Assembly (NCBI GenBank): GCA_043824495.1
Contig: JBDRSV010000005.1
Span: 7,955 to 71,954 of the forward strand
Direction: 5' to 3'
Length of the DNA: 64,000 nt
From: Candidatus Aenigmatarchaeota archaeon
GTDB taxonomy: Archaea > Aenigmatarchaeota > Aenigmatarchaeia > QMZP01
Shown here: positions 1 through 8,212 of the stretch, in pieces
How positions within the stretch are numbered: the stretch's first letter is position 1
How the letters are laid out: each line of letters opens with the position of its first letter
Notes under the pieces: model-generated
What the model saw: only the letters and a program-made list of their open reading frames with translations
The model's database searches: none
What the model was told of the DNA's origin: nothing
Made by a program: the position numbers and the translations under genes

Positions 1-1077
1 CGCAGTAGATGTCCCCTTACCTGATACATACTTACCTCTAGGAACAATATCTGGAACTAGTTTAAGCAACTGAGATTTACCTGAAGCAGGATCACCAATA
101 ATTAGAAGATGTATATCACCTCTTATTCTTGTACGATCTCTTAGTTTTCTTGTAACTCCTCCAAAAAGCTGCATTATTATTGCCTCTTTTTCATATTCAA
201 GACCGTACAAAGAAGGAGCTATTGATTGTACTAGTTTCTCATAAATTTTAGGGTCTCTTGCAAAAGCTTTGATTTTTTCTTCGTCTTCCTTATTGATATC
301 TAATTTTTCCCACCCTATTTCAGTTGCCTCGAAATTGTTTACATCTAAGAAAAAATCTAGTTTAACTCCTTGGGCATTTTGTTTTGGTATATCTTTCAAA
401 ATACCACAAAGCAGGAGCTTGTTACCAGGTTCTGTTAGTCTTCTACCATCAGGAGATACTAAATCCTCTGTTACTACAACAGTTACTTGAGATGGTCTTT
501 CACCTTCTGTTAATTCAAATGGTTCTTCAATAACCATCCATCTAGTATCAATCATTTTCTTTCCAACTTCTTTGAAACCTATTCTATTTCTACATGGTTT
601 TCCGCCTATGACACCTGTGCACAAGAAAGGCTTGGGCATGAAGTTGCCTCTCCTTTCTATTGTTAGCTTTTCTTCACATTCAGGGCACTCCCATTCAGTT
701 TCCATTATTTCAGGTCTAATTTCAGATGCTTTTCTTACTATACCTTCAACTGCAAGGAATTTGTTAATATGTCTTGATCTAAGATCTCTGATGCTTGTGA
801 GTTCTGTCAAGTTCTTTACTCTAACTCTAACTGGATTAGGTAAGTCTATCTGAGTAACAGCGTCTTCTGCTACTTGGAAGAATGTTTTAGGATCAAGCAG
901 AAGCAGCTCAGAAAGTTCAGGACCATGCTTACCAAATTTCTGAATCCAATCAAAATCAACCTCTAGAGGAGTTCCTGAATTTGATGCTTCTTCAATATCT
1001 TTGCTATATCTGTCTCTCAGGAACTCATTGAATCGAAGCGTTAGCTCGTCCTTTTTCTCTTCAGAAATATAGGCCAT
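1..1077 (-). CDS. mcm: MCM replicative helicase, N-terminal ~359 aa (gene continues past window start)
   Basis: Own minus-strand translation from the ATG at 1077..1075: MAYISEEKKDELTLRFNEF... It has a zinc motif CPECEEK...CTGVIGGKPC and a Walker A IIGDPASGKSQLLK at the window edge. It is absent from the ORF track because it runs off the edge. Confidence 0.85.
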   Translation of the reverse strand, partial: MAYISEEKKDELTLRFNEFLRDRYSKDIEEASNSGTPLEVDFDWIQKFGKHGPELSELLLLDPKTFFQVAEDAVTQIDLPNPVRVRVKNLTELTSIRDLRSRHINKFLAVEGIVRKASEIRPEIMETEWECPECEEKLTIERRGNFMPKPFLCTGVIGGKPCRNRIGFKEVGKKMIDTRWMVIEEPFELTEGERPSQVTVVVTEDLVSPDGRRLTEPGNKLLLCGILKDIPKQNAQGVKLDFFLDVNNFEATEIGWEKLDINKEDEEKIKAFARDPKIYEKLVQSIAPSLYGLEYEKEAIIMQLFGGVTRKLRDRTRIRGDIHLLIIGDPASGKSQLLKLVPDIVPRGKYVSGKGTSTA

Positions 1078-1085
1078 AAGATTAA

Positions 1086-1108
1086 TTGGATGTGAAATTT
1101 AAATAATT
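1086..1108 (+). repeat. Left copy of an imperfect direct repeat bracketing GC-rich cassette 1 (TTGGATGTGAAATTTAAATAATT)
   Basis: Aligns by eye with 6800..6822 (TTGGATAGTGAATATTTCATAGT) at about 19 matches with 2 single-nt indels. It also contains the TTTAAAT box about 25 nt upstream of the mcm ATG. Confidence 0.4.
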
Positions 1109-1120
1109 CTTTCTGCCTAT

Positions 1121-1146
1121 ATATCCCTTTAAATTGACAATATAAA
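1121..1146 (+). repeat. Cassette 3'-flank motif, copy A: ATATCCCTTTAAATTGACAATATAAA
   Basis: One of four copies in the window, each 23/26 identical to this one. It lies between the last gene of cassette 1 and the mcm start. Confidence 0.85.
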
Positions 1147-1263
1147 ACACCTAAGAGTCTTGGTTACCTCATGGCCCTAAAGATATTCGACGATTGGACC
1201 TTGAATCCTTGCACATCTACATGTGTGCGTTATTCGCCGAAAAGTTCTTTTTGAGTGCATGGT

Positions 1264-1485
1264 CTAGAGAATCAGTACGAGAAGTCCTGATAACGCGGCA
1301 ATAATTTCGCACCAAAAGCCGACTATCAGGAATGAGATGGCGTCGCCTCTAATGACATACGCTGTAGAATAGTTCCTGATACAGACAGAACTCCGTGACT
1401 TTTTGTCTTCTCTTTTACCAAGAACCATGAAAACGAACCCGGCAAGCAAGAAGACTGCGATGCCGATCAATGCTACTATCTTCAT
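1264..1485 (-). CDS. small two-TM membrane protein (73 aa from MKIVALIG)
   Basis: ORF track 1264..1527. The start was moved to the ATG preceded by GAGAGGTGA. Two hydrophobic segments are present. Confidence 0.4.
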   Translation of the reverse strand: MKIVALIGIAVFLLAGFVFMVLGKREDKKSRSSVCIRNYSTAYVIRGDAISFLIVGFWCEIIAALSGLLVLIL

Positions 1486-1599
1486 TTCTTTCACCTCTCT
1501 TCGTTTCTCCCTTTCGTTCAAAACCAAAAGACGAGCGGATGTTTATCAACATCATATGGCATGTTTCAAGTGCCTAGAAACTCGTCGTGTTCTTTTCTT

Positions 1600-2463
1600 C
1601 TAGCGTTTTAGGAAGACCCACTCCTTGTCGCCGACAATGATCTTGTCGTTGTGGCTTAAAATGACACTTCCATCACGATCCACAGGGATTCCGTTGACCG
1701 TGATACCCGAACTTCCATTCATATTCCTGAAAATCCATTCATCAGCATCCCCATCCTTATTGACTCTCTTGAGGATTTGAGCATGGATTCCGCCGTCGTT
1801 GAGATCCCTGGTGTCACCAACTCCAATTTCCGAGCCCTTGATGTAGTAGTCGGTGCGGACGGTGAAGAAGTCATCGCCCTCCTGCATTAGCATCGGATTT
1901 ATCATGAGGCCCTTGTCCACACGGTCTAGGAACAGCTTCAGATCCGTGACCAACAGATGACATTTGAGATGTTGTAACATGTCGTAGAGGTCCTCGATTT
2001 CTACCCGGCTCATTAAGAGTGTCACTACCCTGTAGATTTCGGAAAATGTCACACTGTCCGATACCGCCATCTGAGAAACATCGTCGCGGCTGAGAGGTGT
2101 GGGTTCGGGCGTTATGAAAATTGTGTAGTCTCCGAATGAGAGGCAAGTCTCTTCGCCGCTCCGTACCCATATCCGATTCGAAATGATGTCGTGATTTCCG
2201 TTAATCCTCAGGTCAGGTATACAGTGGTCGATGGCTGCCAGACATGAGCCTGATGGGGTCACGAATATCTTGAACAACGGTGGTTCGATGGCGCTGTTAT
2301 GATCGCCTCTGGCGGCTTCTTCATCGAGCTTGACATCTTGGTTATGGATCATTCCATTTCCGCAGCCAATCCAGAGGAACTGCCCCCGACAGAGAGTCCT
2401 TTTTTCAGGAACCACATTCTCTCTTTTAAATCCTTTTCGAAGTACTCCAATTGTAAATATCAT
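1600..2463 (-). CDS. FHA-domain protein (C-terminal FHA, possible second N-terminal FHA-like domain)
   Basis: C-terminus reads GSEIGVGDTRDLNDGGIHAQI...NGSSGITVNGIPV...LSHNDKIIVGDKEWVF, which fits the FHA pattern. GGGAGG lies upstream of the ATG. Confidence 0.6.
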   Translation of the reverse strand: MIFTIGVLRKGFKRENVVPEKRTLCRGQFLWIGCGNGMIHNQDVKLDEEAARGDHNSAIEPPLFKIFVTPSGSCLAAIDHCIPDLRINGNHDIISNRIWVRSGEETCLSFGDYTIFITPEPTPLSRDDVSQMAVSDSVTFSEIYRVVTLLMSRVEIEDLYDMLQHLKCHLLVTDLKLFLDRVDKGLMINPMLMQEGDDFFTVRTDYYIKGSEIGVGDTRDLNDGGIHAQILKRVNKDGDADEWIFRNMNGSSGITVNGIPVDRDGSVILSHNDKIIVGDKEWVFLKR

Positions 2464-2521
2464 CTTTACAATTCCTCCCTATGAGATCCCCGATCCGTCG
2501 CCGGGGATCTCTGCCATTTCG

Positions 2522-3484
2522 TTAATTTGTCGGGAAACACGTATTCATTACTGTGTGAAGCCATCCTCCTCCATAGAGATAGTTTCCCACAAGAGTCAGG
2601 CCTCCGATGGCAGGCGGTGTAAGCTTTCTTCTCCACCTAGGATCATCGGGGTCCAGAGAGTTCAAGTGGCTCTCTCTGATGGCGTTCATGAGAATTTCTG
2701 CGCGGCCAGGAATGAGAGCGAGCCTACTCACGTCGGGAAGATATCTCTTTCCCGGGCCCATATCGGAGAAAGGAATGTCGGTATCGGCGGAGACTACAAG
2801 GTCGTGTTTCCACAAGACCTTGTCGAAGACCACTCCGAGAATACGCATGTTTCTGAGAGCATCTGTTATGTCAGTTTCGTCGTGGAGTTCGTGGAAGATA
2901 TGATCCTGAACTGTTCCTTTAACTGTGTCCGAATCTACATTTCCACCGATTCCCCAGCATGCACCAGGATACATTGGAGTTCCACTGCCCCGTCGAGTTA
3001 ATACAAACCCGTCCGGGCATTTGAGCCATAGTACTGGTGCGAGAGGACCTTGGGGTAAAGACATGTTCTCCCGGGTGAATAATTTGCGATACTCGGGTCG
3101 TTGCGTCGCCATGACCTCGGAGAACAACATCTTCTCGACATTGATGGTGGTCGAATTTAGTGGCCAGTTTGTCATCCGGTATTGGATACCGGGATACATA
3201 ATCGGTGTCCAGGAATCGGTTGTGGTCTTTCTTCCCCAGAGTCCATGATGGTGTTCTTCTTCAAAAGGACGGAAGTCCAGAAGAATTTCGCCCTCTGCAG
3301 TGAGCGCCTCAAACTTCGCCAGGACCATGCCGTTCCATATGCTGATCTCGTAAGGCGTCGCCAATTTGGGATACCTTGTCACATGTTCCTGACTGCCGTC
3401 AAACTTCACTATTGATGCAAACGGGACACCTGGTGCCGGCACAGCCCACCATGTAGTTGTCTGTATTTTCTCGGGTAGTTTCAT
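2522..3484 (-). CDS. hypothetical protein, possible degenerate Nudix-like C-terminal half
   Basis: 320-aa ORF in the cassette. The segment PGACWGIGGNVDSDTVKGTVQDHIFHELHDETDI loosely resembles a Nudix box but has the wrong spacing. Confidence 0.5.
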   Translation of the reverse strand: MKLPEKIQTTTWWAVPAPGVPFASIVKFDGSQEHVTRYPKLATPYEISIWNGMVLAKFEALTAEGEILLDFRPFEEEHHHGLWGRKTTTDSWTPIMYPGIQYRMTNWPLNSTTINVEKMLFSEVMATQRPEYRKLFTRENMSLPQGPLAPVLWLKCPDGFVLTRRGSGTPMYPGACWGIGGNVDSDTVKGTVQDHIFHELHDETDITDALRNMRILGVVFDKVLWKHDLVVSADTDIPFSDMGPGKRYLPDVSRLALIPGRAEILMNAIRESHLNSLDPDDPRWRRKLTPPAIGGLTLVGNYLYGGGWLHTVMNTCFPTN

Positions 3485-3507
3485 TCTCGATCTGCCTTTC
3501 TATGATT

Positions 3508-3777
3508 TCACTTCGCTGGCGTTTCGGATTGACTGCCACCGGGCTTAGGAGCGCCATTTGTTGCGATGCTCGCCGGCGATGGGAATGTTCCCTCATGTCC
3601 TCGTCTGAGAGCCGCGTCCAGAATTTCCAGGTGCTCTGACGATCTGTTTTTTGCGATCCATTCACGACATTGCGGGATCGCCGAAGCCTCGACCTGCGAT
3701 AGAATGATGTTGATCAGTTCACTTGCAGGGAGAGCCCCCTTATCCAGGAACTCTTCGAATGTCAGTGTCTTCAGCAT
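3508..3777 (-). CDS. hypothetical 89-aa protein resembling the C-terminal helical domain of the neighbouring FHA proteins
   Basis: GGAGGG SD is present. TFEEFLDKGALPASELINIILSQV...CREWIAKN resembles DTEEFTAMLASRASDEELVLRLLTRV...AAREWMIRI of ORF 5310..5978. Confidence 0.45.
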   Translation of the reverse strand: MLKTLTFEEFLDKGALPASELINIILSQVEASAIPQCREWIAKNRSSEHLEILDAALRRGHEGTFPSPASIATNGAPKPGGSQSETPAK

Positions 3778-3812
3778 TGCAATGCCCTCCAGAAATGTGT
3801 GGGGTGGTCGGA

Positions 3813-4505
3813 CTAGTATTGGGCCGGAGTTTCTATTGTTAGAAGTGTGTTGTACATTTCATCTGGTAGCTTGACATACATCAGGTCCTGAACTCTTTCT
3901 CTTAGGAACCTGACCTTAGGAGTAAGGTCAGTTCCCTTGTCCGACCAGAAGTCGTCTGGATCGAGACAGTTTATTCCGTTATTGATGATGAATTTCATGG
4001 ACCTGAAGAAAGCGTACCGGCTGTTATCTTCGATGAGATTTGCCAGGATGACTTCAGATTTCCAGTCATCTGCCGGAGACAGGACGGAAGTAGAATCCTG
4101 ATTTTCGTATTGCCGGTTGAGTTTATAGCATGTTTCGCTGAGAGTCCAAATGCTTTTCTTGAACTTTTTGGCGGTTCCTCGAATAACCAGTTCCACAACC
4201 TTCAGTGTGGTCTTCGACCCTTCTGACATGCCTTGTGGCATGACGTCTTTGAATTCTTCTTCGAACTGGTTCTTGTAATATCCGAGGCATTTGCTGAGCT
4301 TCGTTCTTGAGCTGTCCGGAAGCAATTCCATCAGGTCGTCGAATGTTTCCAGTACCTCGTCGGTGCGAACATCAACGGTCTGGGCATATGCCTTTTCCGT
4401 ACTCTGTTCCCATGCTGGATTCGGCTTGTCTCCGTCGCCACACGAGATCATGGTCGCGAAGATGATCACGAACAAGACGACCGAGATAGTTCTCTTTGTT
4501 TTCAT
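3813..4505 (-). CDS. bacterial-type lipoprotein (signal peptide plus lipobox)
   Basis: N-terminus MKTKRTISVVLFVIIFATMISCGDG has a lipobox-like MISC. GGAGG SD is present. Confidence 0.6.
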   Translation of the reverse strand: MKTKRTISVVLFVIIFATMISCGDGDKPNPAWEQSTEKAYAQTVDVRTDEVLETFDDLMELLPDSSRTKLSKCLGYYKNQFEEEFKDVMPQGMSEGSKTTLKVVELVIRGTAKKFKKSIWTLSETCYKLNRQYENQDSTSVLSPADDWKSEVILANLIEDNSRYAFFRSMKFIINNGINCLDPDDFWSDKGTDLTPKVRFLRERVQDLMYVKLPDEMYNTLLTIETPAQY

Positions 4506-4609
4506 GTTGCTAACCTCCGTAAACGTGATACAATTCAGTTAATTTCGGTTTCCGACTATCCGAGGTGCATCGGACTTGCACTCGGATTTCTGCATGGAAC
4601 CGCCACGCG

Positions 4610-5179
4610 TCATTCAGGTCGGGATTTGGTGATCTCTTTCAGGATCAGTTCCGTCATTTTGACTTTCCTGGCATGGCTTCTGATTATGGCAACTCGCTCG
4701 TAGATCGGGATTATCTTCCGTGCAGTGTCAGGATGATACTTGCAGAGAAATCCGATGCAAGCAATAACATCATCCTGCAACACTTGTGAGAAAATCATGA
4801 GAGCGAGACGTTCTCCGGAAACTGATCCCTTTGCCAGAGATTCGAACTCGTCCTTGTCGATGAGGGCACGGAACTCGAATTTCAGTTTCCCGGTTGTCAC
4901 GACATCGCCGTTTAGTATTGTACAATCGGCCGAGCCGCATGGCTTGCCATTGATGAATGTCAAGTTTCCCGATGTTTCGTCGTGGATGCATAACTCGTCG
5001 TTGGTCAGTTTGATACTGAAATGTGTATCCTTGAGTCCGAATTTTCCACCTTCTGGTATCGACCATTCGGATTCTGTGGATGTCCCAAAACGTACCGATG
5101 TATCCGGAACTAGATGTAAAGTGGCCTTTCCTTCTTTCGCTCCGGACCAGCGTACTTCTAGAAAGCTCCCCATTGCCAT
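4610..5179 (-). CDS. FHA-domain protein, paralogue of 5310..5978
   Basis: The start was moved to MAMGSFLEVRW (GGAGGG SD), which parallels MAMGRYLNVTW of the neighbour. FHA pattern: FGTSTESEWSIP...HFSI...IHDETSGNLTFINGKP. Confidence 0.6.
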   Translation of the reverse strand: MAMGSFLEVRWSGAKEGKATLHLVPDTSVRFGTSTESEWSIPEGGKFGLKDTHFSIKLTNDELCIHDETSGNLTFINGKPCGSADCTILNGDVVTTGKLKFEFRALIDKDEFESLAKGSVSGERLALMIFSQVLQDDVIACIGFLCKYHPDTARKIIPIYERVAIIRSHARKVKMTELILKEITKSRPE

Positions 5180-5309
5180 GCCCTCCTTCGGTGGTATGTG
5201 TAGTGTTTCATTAACTTTTGTTTTAGTTTCCGGCGAACCCGTAACATTGGAATTGCCCGGGTTTTCTACTGGAACCATCAGCGTCATTCAGGCCGGTTCA
5301 TGTTACCGG

Positions 5310-5978
5310 TCAGTCAGATCCCAGAGTGGATAGATCGTCGTCACCTATGTCTCTTGCTAACGCTCTCTCCGATTTAATTGGGGTCGGAGTACGATCCGCC
5401 GCTTTTTGGATAGCGAGATCTGTCTTATTGATAATGTCGGCACGCGTGATCGCGTTCCCTTCGTGTAAAATGGAGGATGCACGTTCTACGATTCGAATCA
5501 TCCATTCCCGTGCAGCTTGTGGCCTCTTCTCACACAAGACATCAAGACAACTGGGGAAGTCTTGTGTTCTCACTCTTGTGAGAAGTCTGAGAACCAGTTC
5601 TTCGTCACTGGCTCGGCTGGCTAACATGGCAGTGAATTCTTCCGTATCGTAGAGAACATCGAACCAGATTCTGAGTTCTCCGATGCGAATCACGCTTATA
5701 TTGTAGACGTACGTCCCACCGGACTGGACTTTTTCCTCATCCACGAAAGTGCCCGCGTTGGTTCCCAGATCATGGATCCTTAGACACTCGCCGTCATTGG
5801 CCATTGTGATCGAGAAGTGTCTGCCTTTGAAGTCTTCCTCATCAGCCGGAATCAGGAAATCGTCCCCTTCGGATTCCCCGAACACAAGTGTTTGATTCCG
5901 ATCAATTGGAATCATGTTCTCGTCTGCTGATGATGTCCCCTCTGTCCATGTTACATTTAGATAACGTCCCATTGCCAT
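5310..5978 (-). CDS. FHA-domain protein with C-terminal helical domain
   Basis: FGESEGDDFLIP...GRHFSI...IHDLGTNAGTFVDEEKV fits the FHA pattern. GGAGG SD is present. Confidence 0.65.
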   Translation of the reverse strand: MAMGRYLNVTWTEGTSSADENMIPIDRNQTLVFGESEGDDFLIPADEEDFKGRHFSITMANDGECLRIHDLGTNAGTFVDEEKVQSGGTYVYNISVIRIGELRIWFDVLYDTEEFTAMLASRASDEELVLRLLTRVRTQDFPSCLDVLCEKRPQAAREWMIRIVERASSILHEGNAITRADIINKTDLAIQKAADRTPTPIKSERALARDIGDDDLSTLGSD

Positions 5979-6053
5979 GTCCTCCTTCAGATAGATAGCT
6001 ATATTTCAGTTGCCTTCGTTTCAGTGATTAGTTCTTCTATACTTTTCGAATGC

Positions 6054-6596
6054 CTAACCGAAAATTTTACGTGCCATTCCTCGAGCCTCGCGATTTGAGA
6101 GAATAGCTCCCAGTAAAGCAGTTGTCACACACGCCAAGAACGTTAAGACAATTGGATAATAGAGGCTCGTGTTCCATGCAAACATGGGATCACCTGAAGA
6201 ACCTGATCCTACGAAGAGCCAGATGATCCAGAAAATCGCGATCCATGTCAGCCAATTGATGTAGGCAATGTAGATACCCTCACCCAGAAGAAATCTGACA
6301 TAGCCTTCTGGGATAGATGATTCCGACCAATCTCTTTTGAGCATATGTCCTCTCAGTCTATAGAGACGGAATGTTGTGAGAGGTATCATCAGGCTGCAGA
6401 GTTCGATGTAAACTCGTGTCATTTGTAGTTGTCCTGATGTCTCTTGTTCTATCAAGAGATTGCCCAATAGTGCCGCGGGAATGACGATCACCCAGAAATG
6501 CCAGGTGAATCTATCTTTGTTCGAGCGATGTACTAATAGGAAAACCATGGCCAGAACAAGAGAAAAGATTGAGATGAAGATTATGAAGTTGAACAT
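6054..6596 (-). CDS. multi-pass membrane protein, unknown function
   Basis: 180-aa ORF with about 5 hydrophobic helices. AGGAAG SD is present. It is the first gene of cassette 1. Confidence 0.55.
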   Translation of the reverse strand: MFNFIIFISIFSLVLAMVFLLVHRSNKDRFTWHFWVIVIPAALLGNLLIEQETSGQLQMTRVYIELCSLMIPLTTFRLYRLRGHMLKRDWSESSIPEGYVRFLLGEGIYIAYINWLTWIAIFWIIWLFVGSGSSGDPMFAWNTSLYYPIVLTFLACVTTALLGAILSNREARGMARKIFG

Positions 6597-6674
6597 TTTA
6601 TATCTTCCTCGGATAGAGTTCTGTCGGTATACCTCAGACTATGTAAAACACCATACAGAAGTCATTTGATATGA

Positions 6675-6785
6675 CTATTGTTCTGTGTGGTGTTGGTTCC
6701 TAGGTTACAATGCCAATATATCTGCAAGGAAATTTTCCTCAAAGATGTCTAAAGTCAATTGGCGTGAAAGTGTGGAGCATGATAT
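6675..6785 (-). repeat. Cassette 5'-leader module, copy 1 (read on minus strand: ATATCATGCTCCACACTTTCACGCCAATTGAC ... hairpin ... TTGGCATTGTAACCTAGGAACCAACACCACACAG)
   Basis: The core TCATGCTCCACA/TTCACGCCA matches 39325..39359 at 21 identities with 1 mismatch and 1 indel. The downstream TTGGC..GTA..TAGG..CAAC block is also shared. Confidence 0.7.
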
Positions 6786-6799
6786 TTTGACTATTACTA

Positions 6800-6822
6800 T
6801 TGGATAGTGAATATTTCATAGT
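6800..6822 (+). repeat. Right copy of the imperfect direct repeat bracketing cassette 1
   Basis: See 1086..1108. Confidence 0.4.
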
Positions 6823-6873
6823 AAACTTTATATTATTTAGCATTGAGAGTCGTAACAGTAAATATAGAAATTT

Positions 6874-6936
6874 ATAGAAATTACTTGATTTTCAATAGAA
6901 TTTACTTGATTCTAAATAGAAATTACTTAGAATTAT
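6874..6936. repeat. Three tandem 21-nt repeats (ATAGAAATTACTTGATTTTCA-like)
   Basis: Copies start at 6874, 6895 and 6916 with period 21, and there is a partial copy just upstream. The array lies between cassette 1 and the 3' end of gene 6933..7658. Confidence 0.7.
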
Positions 6937-7658
6937 ACAAATTCTTTCTGTGCCAGTTCATAGGCATCTGGCGTGCCTATATCAATCCACTTTCCATCTA
7001 GAATAAATCCGTATGTTGGTGTTTTCTGTCTTAACCAGTCTATAAAGAAACCCATTGTATCTTTATGGTTTCCTTCACTCAGATATTCTTCTATCAATTT
7101 TTTTGTGTTTTCAGGGAAGAAATAAACTGCAGCTGAAGCTAAAGTGCTTTTAGGATTTTCAGCTTTTTCAACAAAGTCTATTATTTTTTTATTGTCATCG
7201 AGTTGAACTGTTCCCATTTTCCTTGCTTCTACCATACTTACGTTGCTTAATCCAACAATTGGTGTTTGTTTCTCTTTGTAAAACATGAAAATTTCTTGGA
7301 GATTGTCTTGGAATATATTATCTCCACCAACAACCAAGAAATTACCATCAACAGATTCTTGGTTCATAAAATACTTCAGAGCACCAATAGAACCTAATTT
7401 TTCTTCTTCTGTTGCAACTGGTTCTACAATAAGCTGGATATCCTTTGAATATTCAAACCCAGAGAGCCATTGTTCCATTATAGGACCAAATTTAGAGTTT
7501 GTAGAAACATATACTTTTTCTAGATCCAAATGCTCCAATTTCCTTAGAGTTCTCTCTAACAAAGTCTTATTGGCTACCTTGAGTAGTGGTTTGGGTGTAT
7601 TTTCTGCTATTTTGCCCATTCTTTTTGCATGTCCACCAGCTAATACCAAAGCTTTCAT
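6933..7658 (-). CDS. sugar-phosphate nucleotidyltransferase (NTP_transferase family)
   Basis: N-terminus MKALVLAGGHAKRMGKIAENTPKPLLKV carries the typical G-rich nucleotidyltransferase signature. Confidence 0.8.
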   Translation of the reverse strand: MKALVLAGGHAKRMGKIAENTPKPLLKVANKTLLERTLRKLEHLDLEKVYVSTNSKFGPIMEQWLSGFEYSKDIQLIVEPVATEEEKLGSIGALKYFMNQESVDGNFLVVGGDNIFQDNLQEIFMFYKEKQTPIVGLSNVSMVEARKMGTVQLDDNKKIIDFVEKAENPKSTLASAAVYFFPENTKKLIEEYLSEGNHKDTMGFFIDWLRQKTPTYGFILDGKWIDIGTPDAYELAQKEFV

Positions 7659-7839
7659 ATTGGGTAATAATTGTATATGAACTAATTAATGTTTTGCGTA
7701 ACTACCGCCAATCACGAGGGAGGGCAAACCTTTATATACCATAGATTTAATTTATAAGATACCCATAAAACGATCGCAGTGAGACGGCTATATAATCTAG
7801 CATCTAGCTTGTTTAGTGATCATGTACGGAGGTAATCGT

Positions 7840-8073
7840 ATGGCAGACGTAGATTTCAAAACTGTAAAAGCTGAAGAAATTAAATTCGGTAAGAACAACT
7901 TCCTTGAAGTTGCAAGGAAAAAGGCTGTTACCGAAGAGGGTGAGACTGAATTCATTGCAATATCAAGAGGATTTTTCTCACCAGATGGATCCAAAAGATT
8001 CAAGAAGTCAATTGCACTTCCTGATGAAAAGGAAATCCGCGATTTCGTATCCAAAAAAATATTAGAACTGTAA
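7840..8073 (+). CDS. small PC4/YdbC-like ssDNA-binding-fold protein (tentative)
   Basis: The start was moved to MADVDFKTV (GGAGGT SD). The pattern FGKNNFLEVARKK...EFIAISRGFFSPDGSKRFKKSIALP resembles PC4-like proteins. Confidence 0.45.
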   Translation: MADVDFKTVKAEEIKFGKNNFLEVARKKAVTEEGETEFIAISRGFFSPDGSKRFKKSIALPDEKEIRDFVSKKILEL

Positions 8074-8212
8074 AAACAACAAAATTGGTTAATACAAGAG
8101 ATGATGAAGAACACGCTGCGAAGCTGACTTAGTCTCTGTTTTTCTTATTATTTTTCCTGTATCACATGTAGCTATTTATTGCAGTGTTCATAAGAATTAA
8201 CATAGTGATTTT

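Larger units (their letters stand above)
1121..6785 (-). other. GC-rich cassette 1: compositionally foreign, all-minus-strand 8-gene block
   Basis: G+C rises to roughly 50% in sampled stretches, against about 30% in the backbone. All ORFs are on the minus strand with GGAGG-type SD boxes. It is bounded by the 3' motif (1121..1146) and the 5' module (6675..6785). Confidence 0.65.

Noticed and set aside
269-853. Plus-strand ORFs 269..490 and 572..853 from the track
   Set aside because: They lie antisense within the clearly coding minus-strand mcm gene. Their sequences are low-complexity and one has a TTG start.
1135-1140. TTGACA inside the cassette 3' motif as a bacterial -35 promoter box
   Set aside because: No -10 hexamer lies at 16-18 nt spacing in any of the four copies, and the cassette genes are transcribed toward the motif, not away from it.
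1871-3001. Overlapping ORFs inside cassette 1 (for example 1871..2170, 2299..2484, 2330..3001, 2607..2903, 2925..3248, 3399..3665, 4740..5333, 5326..5652)
   Set aside because: These are shadow ORFs, which are typical of higher-GC coding DNA. They overlap longer ORFs that have SD boxes and recognisable domains.
6874-6936. Tandem repeats, and the 28988..29235 repeat, as CRISPR arrays
   Set aside because: The units are contiguous without spacers and are shorter than CRISPR repeats. The second repeat is coding.
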